64,000 bases of DNA from NCBI RefSeq assembly GCF_009914755.1, contig NC_060938.1; one strand, 5' to 3'. Made by a program: the position numbers and the translations under genes. The notes below the pieces were generated by a model, which had not been told where the DNA came from, did no database searches, and was given only the letters and a program-made list of their open reading frames with translations. Of the stretch, positions 30,610 to 58,590 are shown piece after piece. The stretch is from the human T2T-CHM13v2.0 reference genome, Homo sapiens. Position 1 is the stretch's first letter; each line of letters starts with the position of its first letter.

Positions 30610-32888
30610 CTAAACCCAGAATACACACAAAAAAAGCAATACATATGACAGTGTTAAAAAATAAAACATTTCTGCCTAGCAGAAACAACAACAACAAAAT
30701 AAAGTACAAAACAACTTAACCATGGTGAAAACACAGATCAGTATGTAGAGAAACACTGACAAAGGACTTCTTTCCTGAATGTCTAAAGATTCTTCATGGC
30801 TGTTTCCACACTTCATTCATCCCTCACCAGCTTAGATTCTGTGTTCCAAAAACTCCTTCACACACATGGGAGACTGTCTGCCCCACTCTTGTGTATCACT
30901 TGCCAGGTGAAATGCCACATTTGGTGGAACCCACTTTGCCTTATTTTCTAAACCTGAGAGAAAAATATTGATAGACAAAATACTCATAAAAACAGGCCGA
31001 CAATTTCCACTTTGAATTCCTGCCTGCAAACCTCAAAAGGCCAGATCTGCTCAGCAATTCTATCAAGTTTCTCTGGTAAGTTGGTTTCCCCTGGATCGAA
31101 GATGGCTGTGTCAGTCTATCTGTTCTCATATGTGCGATGTCCTTGCCTTATACGTGGCTGAAAAAGAGACCTAATATGGGGAATTCCCAGAGGGGCCTTG
31201 CCTGAAGGGCCCACACAAAGCTCTTCCTGCCTTCCTGATCACTCTGCTCGGTTTCTTTCCATCATGGGACTTCCTTCTGTGCTAGAATGCATACCCCCCT
31301 GAACCTAGCTCAGGGCCAAAGATTGAGCTGAATAAACAAATACCAGAAGGGAGAAACAGGGCAGATTCTGGCAACATCCGAACCACACCACTTAAACTAA
31401 CTTGGGGCAAGTAACTTCTAGTCTCAGAGCCTGTTTCTTCACCAAGAACTTGGGGGTAACAAGAGTACTTACTTCTTCGTAAGGCCTAAAGGAGATAATC
31501 TGTGTTAATCACACATCACACTAGCTGGTCCACTGGAATCACTTTTTGGACCAACTGCCTTTCTCTCTCTCTCTTTTTTTAGCTTTCCTTCTTTATTAAA
31601 TTCCCTTAAGCATTACTCATAATTCAAGTTTAAGACAGAACAAATCTCACAAAGGATTTATGGCTAGTTCTCTTCTTCTTATAAATGAACCCATAAAAAA
31701 GCATCCCCTAATTCCTCTCTAGTTTTTCTAACCTCCTTGCTTTTCTAAAATTGAAAAAAAAAATTCTGGTGTACTAAAACCAGAACCAAGTTTCCTCAAC
31801 GTCTTCAGTTAAACTACCTTTAATTCCTCAATCAAGGCATACCACACAATGTTATCTACACTTTGCAGTAAAGGACTCTGAGTGGCTGGTGTTTTTTGCT
31901 TAGTGTAACCATTACACAACAGTATGTACTTGTCACCCCTGGCCTCCTAAAAAAAATCCAGAATTTATTATCTTGACCTTAGGTGCCAAATGAGGCTGGC
32001 AAGGCTTTCTCCTGGGGTAAGATCGTAGGTGGTTAGGAGTAAATAAAACCCCAGCTTTGTGACTCTGTATGACATCACACACTTTCAGCCTAGCATTGCC
32101 AACTACTAGGCACATTACCCTGAGCTTCTTGTAACAAAGGTAGTGATGTTCATTTTAAAAATATCAAGAAACAGATTAATAAAATTCAGAATATGGTATG
32201 TACAAATCCATCTTTACGAAAGGGTTTTCTAGAATTTCAGGAGAAAAAATGCATAATATACACATTTTATTCTTTTCCTTATATATACAAAGACCTTTGT
32301 TATAAGTAATTACAAAGCTAACGATACAGTTTTACTTCAGGTTTAGTTTTTCCTGCTGTGACATTAGCATTTGACTACATTCATTCTGAGAGAGCCTGAA
32401 GCAAAGGTAGGTGGGGGTGCTTGTCACCCTGTTGAACAGTTGCCCAAGAAAGTAGAGATGTTGAAAAAAGGCAGTTGTAACTTGGAGCAAAAATCGACCT
32501 AATTATTTGTGATTATATGCCATATTTTTTAAGGTGAGCGTCTCAAGCCAATTGTTTGATTTTTTAAAAATCGAGCAAATTGTGTTATTCTTGCAACATT
32601 CTTGATCTCTTCAGTTGCAGACCAGTAGTAATTCCTTCTCTCCCGCTTAAATTATATGATAAAGATGAAAGGACAGACGCTGACATTTAGTTTGTCTCTC
32701 AGTGCTTTCTGTGATCTTTTTTCAAAGTAAAATAATCTTAGGAAAGGTTTTAATTTTTTCCTCCTAAGAACACAATGATGCTTTTCACTGAATGTGGACA
32801 ATATCATAAAGGAGGAATGTTGAAATTTATGGAATCCACTATATGGCAGATACTTTCCATCTGTTACTTGCTTTAAAACTAAAATCCA

Positions 32889-33582
<694 letters not shown>

Positions 33583-34999
33583 ACATTGACATGGTGTTAA
33601 ATCCAGAGAAGATAGCCCCAAGTTAGAGAACAAAGTTGCTCTGCATAATAAAGTAAGAATGTTGGTGTTTCAAGGATTACCTCTGTAAAGGGAGGAGGAG
33701 GGTGCGGTCTGTGAGGCAGAGAGGACTTGAGAAAAGATGCAGGTGGTGGGGCTTTACTGGGGTGGTGGTAATGCTGTAACAATGCTTAAGGGTCTTTTTC
33801 AAAACAAAGTTTCTAATATCCCACTTTAAGCTGTAGTCTGAATGTTAACCCCCACCCCTCCCTAAACCCCCAAACTTAACCCCCAAACTTAACCCCCAAT
33901 GTATCCCCAAAGGCTGACATCGGCAGCCCTGTGGAGAAAGAATCAGAGTAGTGTTCACTGTAGGGTAGGGTGATGTGCGTGGAACAAGAATAGGATCAGC
34001 CATAAACCAAACGGAATCAGTGGATGTTAGAGCTCAAAGTAAGGGGTGATGGGGAGAAACGTAAGACCCCATTGAAATCCTTGGAGAGATTGTGAAAGGT
34101 GATGTGGGAGGGAGAGTCAAGCTAAATTAAGTCGAAAAAGATGGAGTGCCCCATCCGACATATAGATATAGGGAGCACAGGGCATTTCACAATGAACCAG
34201 ATGGGATTATAAAACTATGGTCAGTCTATTATTCTTATACAAGATAGGCTAAATATGTGTGAGTCTCTCTTAAAATGAAGCTTTACTGTGGTTACACATG
34301 ACCTCCAAGTTGTGGGGATGAGTAGAAATGAGACACTGTGTTACTTAACTCACTACAGTCCAGCCAGTAAGATGATAAAGTGGCTATGGTTCTTGCTGTC
34401 CTTGCTTAGTGAGCTGATAGGGCCAGTGTTGAGGAGAGGCACCACCAGGTCAGAACAGCCCTGGCCATGTTCAGCCTTTGGGGGCCTTCTAAGTCCAGGG
34501 GCCCAAGTAATTGGCATCTTAACCAGTGAACCTGCTGTGTAAGTAAGTCCCGTACTACTGCACCAGGTACCAACATTGAATTTATAAGTTTTAGTATTGA
34601 GTAGTACAAAGAGCTCTCCCATATTATTAAAATGTGTTTAGTAGTTTCAAGAGCTATAGAATTTTCGCCTCAAACTATAAATGATCATTATAGTTAAGTA
34701 TTTGTGAGAGAATTTTCTTGCAAAATTTCTCACTTAAATTTGTAAGTTGTATTTGCTGTAGGAGGTTCACTGACAATAAATTCATTGAACTAGCTCAAGT
34801 TAACTCACTTGATATACAAAAAGGTTAGAATCTTTGAGAACTGGTGTATTTCCGCAGGCATTTCCTCACTGTGAATAAAGTTGTTTTGTAAGCAAAATAC
34901 AGTGACAGTAACAAAGTAACTTTAAAACACAATAAGATTCAGGGCAAGATGCTGACAGTGGCATTGTTTTTCAGTTTCCCAATTCTCCTCACAAAGTCC

Positions 35000-40223
<5,224 letters not shown>

Positions 40224-41564
40224 TTAGTTAATTTATTAGGGCTATTTATTCTTACAAAACAGCATTTCTTTTTGTAAGAAGTAATCCTTTTGCTATGTTT
40301 TTAATTTCCACAGCAAATTAAATCTGCACAGCACTTGCCATCCCCTCTTCCTAAGAATCTAGCTCCCTCTTTTTCAAGGCCCAATCTTAAATGCCATATC
40401 CACAGACAGGAATTTCCTTGCCAGCCAATCGAACTCCCTACCATTACCCTATTCTATTTTCTTCTGGGATTTTGCACCTTCTTTTTATCTTTTTCCAGAA
40501 CTAAGGCTGCATGAGAATGGGGCCTTCACCTTGTCCCTGCTGAGTCCCAGTTCCTGGCACCGTTCATGGTGATGGTCAAATATTTGGTCAACAAAAGAAT
40601 CTCGCACAAAAGCTTTCCTCTTTCTGGGTCCCCGCGTTCCTATTCGTAAAATGAGGCAGCTGCCTGATCTCCCATGGTCCCCCTGCTCTGACTTTCCACG
40701 ATCCAGCCCTGCTGAGAGGCACCTGTACAGTAATTGCTCCCACAGACCAAACTCCCCTGCTGCCATGGTCTGTGCAGGGTGACCGGGTTACAACAGAAGA
40801 TACAAACCCTGGCACGTCGGACGTCAGTGCTTCTTCTCTGTCTAGTGCTGGTTAAGAAACCTGGGTTCAGAGACTGTAAAGCGGGAGAAGTAGTGTTTTT
40901 CTTATACAATTCTCTTAAAGCCCTTCAGTTATATATCCCGCTGAATCCTCAGAACAACCCTCTAAGTTCATCTCTGTGACAAGAAAGCTGTGGACTAGAG
41001 ACACAGGGAAGTGGGAAGGCCAGGATTCGACACAGGATGGATTCCCTTCTCTGGAAGGCATCCCCTGGTAATATCTGAGGTCCAGCTACTGTCTATAGAG
41101 GTACAGGAGGGGCAGCAGGGTCTTGAGAAGGGAGCAAGAGGACAGGGCACAGGGTGGGATCTGCTGTGACTGCAGGTCATGGGAGGTGGGGAAGGGAGTC
41201 TGCTTGGGGCCTGAGTGGTCAGGGACAGCTTCAGGCAGGAGGGGCTTCTGCTGGGATTGTGAGCAGAGAGGATAGAAGTTATCTGTGCAAGGACAGAGCC
41301 TGGTGAATGCCCAGGTAAGGAGGAGGCAGAGCTGGCTGGGGCCGAGGGCACATGGGAATGAGGAGGGTAAGGAGGGCAGGACCAGATGGAGGCAGGGGGG
41401 GCTCTGGAATACCGGGCATTGCCAACAACATTTTTGAGGTTGCTTACTCCAATGGTTCTCAACGTATGCCTCCAAGAACACTGGGGTTTTAAGCATTGGA
41501 TTACACGGGGAAAAAATTGTAGTCCCTTATCTCCAAAGGAAAATAAATAAATCCATGAATATTT

Positions 41565-41570
41565 TTTATT
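41565..41570 (-). terminator. TCL1A: TCL1A polyadenylation signal AATAAA
   Basis: Canonical hexamer with a U-rich downstream region on the minus strand. Confidence 0.85.
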
Positions 41571-41926
41571 TGGGGGCTGCCTATTCTCACTTCTCTCCAC
41601 CAGAATCTAAGTCAAGGATAGAAGCTGATTCCGCACGAAGTTAGATAAACTATCTTGCATTTAATCAATCATTACAAAAAGTATTCATGCCACATACAAC
41701 TTTGTAACACCCAGGTGCGTGACCATCTATAAAAGGGGGGAAACCCAACCTCTATCCCTTTTCCACGTGGGCAAGCCAAGGGTTCTGAGGGCTCATCCAC
41801 AGGGCTCGCCGGCCTGGCCTCCTGCTGCGTCCCGGGATGTGGACCACTGACCCAGAGGCTTCTGAGTCCTGAGCACAGATAAGGGCTCCTTTCAGGCCTT
41901 TCCTTGAGCTGCACGTGAACCTGTGT

Positions 41927-42013
41927 GGGCAGGCAGCGTTTGCAGGCGTGTTTACGGGCAGGCAGCGTTTGCAGGCGTGTTTACCGGCAGGCAGCGTTTG
42001 CAGGCGTGTTTAC
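41927..42013 (-). repeat. 3 x 29-bp tandem repeat in TCL1A 3'UTR
   Basis: (G/C)GGCAGGCAGCGTTTGCAGGCGTGTTTAC three times, near perfect. Confidence 0.97.
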
Positions 42014-42022
42014 ATGCAGGCG

Positions 42023-42030
42023 TAGCACCA
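42023..42030 (-). promoter_or_regulatory. miR-29 8mer site in TCL1A 3'UTR
   Basis: tagcacca on + reads UGGUGCUA in the mRNA; miR-29 regulation of TCL1 is established. Confidence 0.8.
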
Positions 42031-42762
42031 TGTGAGACCACTGGTCCAGGGTTTCAGAGGTCCTGCTCAGGTGAATCGGCTGTGTTCTCACAAGTTCACG
42101 GAGCTGAGTGGGTGTGCAACATGAAATACTAGTGCTGTGAGGGACAGAAGGGACAGAAAGAGGCTGAAGACCATCATCCAGCTGAGAAAAGCCGAGGCAC
42201 AGGTATAGCTGGGCACCTGGAAGAAGCTCTGCCAAATGGAATCCTCCTTGGCAGGAGTGGTAGTGCTAAGGCGAGCAGAGTGGGCTACAGGCAGGTCCTG
42301 CAGGCCCTGGGTAGAGCTCATCCTCTGTCTGTCCATTCCTCCCAGACCCCAGCGTGGTGGAGAAGACACAGGCATAGTAAACGAAGGTGAACAGAAACAC
42401 AACATCCCCATTGTAGGCTGGCCAGGCTCAGGCCCTGGGGTGAAAGGAGACAGGTGCTGCCAAGACCTGGAGAAGGACAAAAGAAGACAGAATCAAGGGT
42501 GAAGGAAAGGACCAGGCAGTGGCGAGGGGTGGTGCTGCTGGAGCAGGTCTAAGTGGGAAGCCTAGTGGTCAGGGATGGCCCCCAGAGGCCTTCTGAGCCA
42601 AGGCAAATTCTGACACCTGGGTCTGTAATCTGAAGATGTCACTATACTTCAACTCATTTCTGAGTTTTGTACTCTTATTTCCTCAAAACTCAATAGCGTA
42701 TCTAATATCTGGCTCAGCTGATATAATCAAGCACCAGTGCTTATTTAATAAAGCAATGGTAA

Positions 42763-43220
<458 letters not shown>

Positions 43221-43339
43221 TCAGATGGCAGCAGTCGGGGAGGGGTTAGCACTGCCTTCATGGAGAAGGGGTGGTCTTTCTTTCTGATACAGCCACTGTG
43301 GACTAAGAGGGGTCAGGCTCCAGTGGAGCTCACCATACA

Positions 43340-43387
43340 TCAGTCATCTGGCAGCAGCTCGAGAAGCATGTCCTCCACGCCGTCAAT
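43340..43387 (-). CDS. TCL1A: TCL1A coding exon 3 (aa 100-114 + TGA)
   Basis: IDGVEDMLLELLPDD*; acceptor ctctcag/ATT; exon ends at 43334 (ATG/gtgagc). Confidence 0.99.
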   Translation of the reverse strand: MDGVEDMLLELLPDD

Positions 43388-43804
43388 CTGAGAGGCAGAG
43401 AGAGAGAGAAGGCATTGATCGGCCAGAGCCCTCCACTCCCTCCATTCCTCACTCCTGCGCCTTCCCCTAGCTGGAAACAGCAGGTAGGAACCCAGGTGTG
43501 AGGATTTCAGGGGCTCTTGGAGACTGCCCCTCCTCCCACCAGCCTTCAGCCTGTGACTGCCCACCAGAGATGTCTTCCTGCGGCTAGCTGGTGGCTGGGA
43601 GGAAGTGGAGGTAGGGTTCTGTTAGAGACCTCAGAGGATCTATCTTCTCTCTGGTAAAGTCCTTTAGAAATCTGCACTTGTACATTTCCCCCATTTTTTA
43701 ATGCTTTTGGGACTGGGATGGAGGGAAGATAAACCACTAAGGCCAGACATGGAGGAGGGCAAACCCAAGATCACCCGATGGACCTCTGGGAGAAAGACAC
43801 TCAC

Positions 43805-43981
43805 CTTGATGTGGTACACTAAGCGCCAGAAACTGGAGTCTGAGGATCGGTATCGTCCATCAGGGTAGAGCTGCCACATGATAGGCAGCAGGCTTGGGCC
43901 TATCTGGGTGGGGGTCATAGGCCTCCCCAGGACGACGTCTTCCCGACGCAAGAGCACCCGTAACTGTAACCTATCCTTTAT
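43805..43981 (-). CDS. TCL1A: TCL1A coding exon 2 (aa 41-99)
   Basis: IKDRLQLRVLLRREDVVLGRPMTPTQIGPSLLPIMWQLYPDGRYRSSDSSFWRLVYHIK; cag/ATA acceptor and AAG/gtgagt donor. Confidence 0.99.
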
Positions 43982-44162
43982 CTGAGGAGAAGAAAAGGAC
44001 AGGGCATACTTTCAGGTTCCGCTTGCCAGGGCTTCTCCAGGCGCAGAAAACCGGAATCCCTCCTGCCAGCCATCCACCCATCTGGGCAGGGGTCCGAGTG
44101 TGAAATGATGGTCATCACTGTTCCCTGAAGCTCACTTCCTTAGGCCATGCATGCTCCTCTCA

Positions 44163-44417
<255 letters not shown>

Positions 44418-45531
44418 TCAATGATGTGAGGCAAAATCTGTCCCACAGTTTGCTAGTGGGTTATTTTTTGTGGAGCATGTATCATGATTTTATGAAAAAC
44501 TGTCTGGTTCGTGGTTTTGGTGTCACGTTGAAGAAGAGATTTCTCAGAGATTTAAAAAAAGAAATCCACTGAATCTTCAAATTATTTCTTCAAATTTTGA
44601 TTTTAAAAAAGTAAGTATTTAACTTGATTTTTAAAGTAAAAACATATTTAAAAAATTGAAATGCCAATAAAAATGCAGATTTTGTGGTGGTTAAGAGCCT
44701 AGAATTCCAACCCCATTACCTACTAGCAATCTTACCTCGGACAAATGTACATTTTTGTGCCTCAGTTTCCCATCTGTAGAGACACAGTCAACACTCAATA
44801 ATTTTTGATTGCTACTGGACATACGTGTTCTAATATATTTTTTAATTTTTATGCTTTCTTCAGTGTATGTTTGGAGAGAGTTTGAACATTTTTTGACTCT
44901 TTTTCATTGAGTAAATCCAAATACTTGTAAAAGACTTATCTATTTCTTTAACAAAAACTTAACATGGATTAAGGACCCATCTTAAGGCATCACACATTAA
45001 AAAAGTCAATATTGATTCAATACCGGCGCTTATACTACGACATCACTTGTTAAATTTGTTTTCTAAATAAAGCCCAGAGGTAGTGGAAAATACTTCACAC
45101 TCTAGGCCAGTGTTTGCTATGCCTGGTTGACCCTAAACTGTTGAGGGTTCTTTTTAAAAATACAGATTTCTGGGACCCACCTGAGATGATTCCGATAATC
45201 GGCCATATGGATGAGTCACTTAGAGATACCCATTTTTAAGGATTAGGACCCCGAAGCCCAGAAAATGCCTGCTGTAGTCAACATTATAGTCACACTCCAC
45301 AGGCACTGGGTCCACCCCTTTGACCGACATTCCTTTGCGGTTTTCCCACCCTTCTTCCCTGCCTGGAGAACTCCTATTCATCCTCCAGAGCCCGGCTCAA
45401 AGTGGCTTCATCTGTGGGGATCCTCCCTGCCCCATAGTGAGTGCTCCTTGAGTCCTCGCCCTTCCTAGGGCATCCCAAGCTCCCAGGGGCTGCCCCTGCT
45501 GCCTCGCCATCCGCTCCAAAGCTGGCTGTAC

Positions 45532-45651
45532 CTCGATGGTTAAGGGCAGCCAGGCGTGCTGCTTCTCGTCCAAATACACGAACTTCTCCCAGGCCCACAG
45601 GCGGTCCGGGTGGTCGGTGACTGCCTCCCCGAGTGTCGGGCACTCGGCCAT
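45532..45651 (-). CDS. TCL1A: TCL1A coding exon 1 (aa 1-40)
   Basis: MAECPTLGEAVTDHPDRLWAWEKFVYLDEKQHAWLPLTIE; Kozak gccATGg; donor GAG/gtacag; total 114 aa. Confidence 0.99.
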
Positions 45652-45699
45652 GGCGTCCTCGGGCCGCCTAAGAAGCAAGAGCCAGAGCCTCTCAAGGCC

Positions 45700-46250
45700 G
45701 CTCGCTGGTCCCTGGGATGTGGGGCCGACCCTTTATATCCGGGCAGCATGCGGCCGCCACCAAGCGGCGGGGCGGGAGGACGGCCTTGGGGCGGGACCCC
45801 GGGTCGGGAGAACGACCTTGGGGCGGGGCGTAAGGCAGGATGGGGCGGGGTTTGTGGGGGTCTTGGTGGCAAGTGAGGGTCCCGCGCAGGCGCTACGTCC
45901 CGGCCTGACTTGCTCCCTGGAACGGTGGCAGCTCCTGGGAACGCAGACCCGGCCCCAGCTGGCCCGCGCCTTCCTCGAGGCCCCGGCCAGCAGCGACACC
46001 GACCGCCGCCCTCTGCTGCTGCTGGAGAGGCACCGGGGTGACCTTGGCCCTTTCTTCTTCTGGAAGACCCCCCCGCTTCCCTCGGCTGCCGGACCGGGAC
46101 TCTGGGCCTCTGCTGGGAACTCACAGTCGACACCAGGATGCCCAGAGCCAGGACCCACTCCTCATCTTATGGGATCAGAAGAGACCCGCGCGGGCCTGAG
46201 TTAGGCCTGGGCTTTCCCGGGTTCCCTGGATCTCCACCAGCCTGTGCCTT
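45700..46250 (-). promoter_or_regulatory. TCL1A: TCL1A core promoter / CpG island
   Basis: TATAAA (tttata on +) at 45732-45737; four GGGGCGGG boxes at ~45769, 45788, 45820 and 45842; high CpG density. Confidence 0.92.
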
Positions 46251-48944
46251 TGAGTGTCAGAGTACGTTTTTTGGCAAAGGACAACTCCTGACGCTCCCTC
46301 TCCCTCTTCCATACACAAAGCATGCGTTTTCCACAGGTCTGATGTGCTGTGGACATCTAATAGCTATTACAAAATGGAGAATCATGGGTTTTTGCCCTTG
46401 GGCTTTGAGTTTACTAGTGAAAGCATAGTTCGAAATGAATACTTAAAAAGAAATCCCTCCTTCCACCCTAAGATCAATGGATTTGAAAAGTGCCTGGTTT
46501 ATATGATCAAAACCACCCCTCTGTAAATTACAAGCAATAAGGAAAACAATTTCACTTTATTTTGCAGTAACGCATTCCCACTAAGGCAATTAAGAAAGTC
46601 ATGCACAATGAAAAACATGTGAAACCAGCTCCAGCCTGGTTCAAACATCACCATGGGATGGAGTTTGGTGTCTCATCTTCCAGCTCTTTCCCAGTTCTCT
46701 GACCAGGCACTAAGAACATAATTTGTGATCCTTTGAAATATCACCAAAGTGGAAATTAAGAGATCTGATGAGGACATCTGATTCACCTGGCAGCTGGGTA
46801 TCTGCCTCTTTGCCTATCCAGAGAGCCTAATTCCCAAGAAGGGGCTGAGAGGGCCTAAGGTAGTCGAGACATAATGGGATTTACCAGGAACACAACATAG
46901 AAGAGAAAAGCCAAGGGAAGTTGGGGGTGGAGTGAGGGCCCTTGAGCTCAGCAAACCTCTTTTCCACTGTAGCCCTTAGTGGTGTTAATATTTAATATGC
47001 AAACTTAAAGGTTTCATGCTGATTTTCCTGTGAATGGCTCTTGACTCCAGACCTAGATAGCCACAGAGCAAGATGACAAGCTCGCTAATAAGCTCTGTTG
47101 GGGAGGTCTCAGCCCAGGCCAGAGCTGTGAAGTGAGAAATAAGTCCAGTTTAAATAGTGCTGCTGGGATGGACTTTTGTGGCCAGGGAAGGGGTACCCAG
47201 GAGCCAGTGTGGCCACTGACCCAGCCTCATCAATGGCCCTAGGATCCAGAATGCCACAAACAATGGAGCAAGAATCAGATCTGTGTGTCTGGGTAAGCAG
47301 AATGTTCTGAGAATATAATTCCTTTTTCCTTCTTTTGTAAGAACAATTTATTTCTTCAGTTTTGCATGAGGGCTTCTTAATATTGAGCAAGAATATACAT
47401 CATTATTGCGTGAGATTTAGAAAATTATTTGAGAGAGGGTTCCAATAAATGAAAATGAATTAAGGATGTCTGTGGAGTTCATTGGGCAACTTATAGAGCC
47501 CTTGAGCTTTTTTAAGTGAACATTCCACAAGAGGGGAAACAGTAGCTATTGCATAGTCTCAGAGCTGTCTCTGAGCCTCCGTGGCATGTTATCTGCCCCA
47601 TCTAAGGGTTATAAAGGCCATAAGCCTAGCTTTAGAATTTTATGTTCCTTTCCAAGTCTTTGTTAGTCTGATTTCCCTGAGGATAAGCAAATGGATGTTT
47701 CACACAGAAAGCTACAGGAAGCAATCATTTTGACAGAATCCTTAATGGATGCGTTCATGTCCTGATTTAGATCTAGTTTTGCCTTTACCACGATCACCTG
47801 TGAACTTGACAAATCCTTTGCAACTTGGCCTCAGTGCCATAGTTTTGTAATGAATGGGGCAAAATACCTGCTCTCTAAGCTTGTTTCTAACTCAGTAGGC
47901 CCCAATCCTCCTATAACATTGCCTAGTGGGAGGAGGGAATAGTTAAGAAAAGAGATGGACAAAATATATGATGTTAGTTCAGGAATGCCTACAGTTTTTG
48001 GTACAGTGGCTGTAGATCAAGGACCCCAGTGGAATTCATGGGAGCCATTCTTCTTGTTTGGGTTCCAAAGAAGGGGTTGAGGAGTAGTCAAGGCCATCAG
48101 GATGACCTTGACTCAAAGTGTTGTCCCTGGACCAGCTACAGTAGCATCACCTGGAGCTCGTAAGAATGACAGAATCTGGAGCCTCCCCCAAGACTACTGA
48201 GTCAGAATCTGTATTGGAACAAGACCCCCAGGTGATTCACGGGCATGGTAAATGTTGGGCTATATGGAGGGAGGGTCAAGAGGGAGAGATAGGGGGTGTC
48301 TGATTCAACACACCAGTGCCCTCCAGATTTCTCCAACTATGACACAGGACTTATATCGGTGTTTGTGTATCATTTACTTCCAGGCTATCTTATTTTCTGC
48401 CAAAATCACCTCTAATATATAGAGTGTTTTCCTCTTAAAAGAAAATCCTAGTAACCAAGGTCATCCTCACCAACCCTGGGGTCCTTGATTGTCAATGATT
48501 ATAGCAAGCTGGAAAGAGCCTATTTAGAGGCTACTTAGGTGTTTAGGCCTTTGGGCCCTATGATGACTGAGCCTAAACCACTAAGAATCACCTGGGAAGC
48601 TTTAATGAAACACCTGCGCCTGGATCCCACTCCAAACCAATTACATCAGAATCTCCGAGATTGAGGCTTGAGAAAAGTAGGTGATGCTAACACGTAGGCA
48701 GGGTTAAGTACAATTTCTCTAAGATCTGAGTGACTGTTTTTGACGTGTGCACAGATTTATAAATCTAAATAACTACGAAAATGTCAAAGCTATTCTTTCT
48801 ACCATCAATTCTCATTGTAAACTTCACCCCAACTCCATATTTTACTTCTTTCCCTTTGCCCTACTTTGCTGCTTCCAATCCTTCGTGGTCAGGGATCCAT
48901 AGCCCTAAGTTTATTGGAATCATAAGGGTCTGAGATCTTGCTAA

Positions 48945-49340
<396 letters not shown>

Positions 49341-50009
49341 TAGTTCCTAGGTCTGGGCCATAGTTGAAATAATTAAGGCTGCTGATCAAGTGAGTTCAGG
49401 GTACAAAAGATGTTGTAGCCTTTACTCATAAGGGATGAAATGGTATCTCTAAATTAATGGAGAATCTGAGACAAGGATATTTCAAGTAGAAATTAGGGAC
49501 TGATCCTACTCTGCCCACTACATAGCTATCATCTCTCTCTTTAAAATTAACAGTTCTAAGGAACTTAAAGCTTCTCCAACTTTAAGGTGTATATGGAGAT
49601 TTTATTTAAATACAGATTCTAATATGGTAGGGTTGAGGCGATTCTCAAGATTCTGAATTTGTAACATATTCATATCCTCGGAGTTGATACAGGTACTAAT
49701 GGTCTATAAATCACCTCTGGGTGGCAAGGACCTATACTAACCCCCATGCTACCCTTGATACCCACACAAAACACAAATGAAAAACACAACTCACAACCCC
49801 TACTCAAAATGCAGCGAATAGTTGATTCTGCCAAGCTAGCGAGTGACCAAGATGTGATAGAATTGCACTGGACACTTTGAGCTACAACTGTGGTTGCCAT
49901 TTGCCAGAGGCAAGTTAAAATTGACCTACATTTGTATTGGAAACATTTCTCAATCCTGGGATTACTCCACACCTTGGGTGTTACTGTCCTACTGATGCTA
50001 TGATGCCTA

Positions 50010-58355
<8,346 letters not shown>

Positions 58356-58551
58356 TACATTTACTTCTTATATCTATTTTTCCTTCCTAGATTCACTTCT
58401 TGATGGAGTAATTCCTCTAAGAGCCCTTATATATAAGGCCTTCGTGTGATTAACTTTCTAAAGATGTGCCATCCAATATGTGACCATTGTCCATATGTGG
58501 CTATTGAACATGTGAAATGTGCCCTGGATTTCAAAAATGACATACATGCAT

Positions 58552-58552
<1 letters not shown>

Positions 58553-58587
<35 letters not shown>

Positions 58588-58590
58588 ACA
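58553..58590. repeat. (CA)n microsatellite
   Basis: Read directly from the sequence. Confidence 0.95.

Larger units (their letters stand above)
41552..42466 (-). other. TCL1A: TCL1A terminal 3'UTR exon
   Basis: Acceptor (sense) ttttgtccttctccag/GTCTTGG at 42467/42466; AATAAA (tttatt on +) at 41565-41570; upstream ATTAAA at 41660-41665. Confidence 0.9.

Noticed and set aside
41217-41229. GGTCA half-site downstream of TCL1A as an oestrogen response element
   Set aside because: The second half (ACAGC) does not match TGACC. I recall ERE-related SNP reports 3' of TCL1A but cannot confirm their position from the sequence.
40995-41600. 201-aa minus-strand ORF just past the TCL1A polyA signal
   Set aside because: GTG start, low complexity, crosses the polyA site into degenerate repeat-like sequence.
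41927-42013. 29-bp repeats as a CRISPR-like array
   Set aside because: Head-to-tail with no spacers, in a human 3'UTR; simple minisatellite.
45536-46204. 222-aa (+) and 197-aa (-) ORFs over the TCL1A promoter
   Set aside because: Low-complexity Pro/Arg/Gly-rich frames expected in a CpG island with few stops; non-ATG starts; no recognisable domain.
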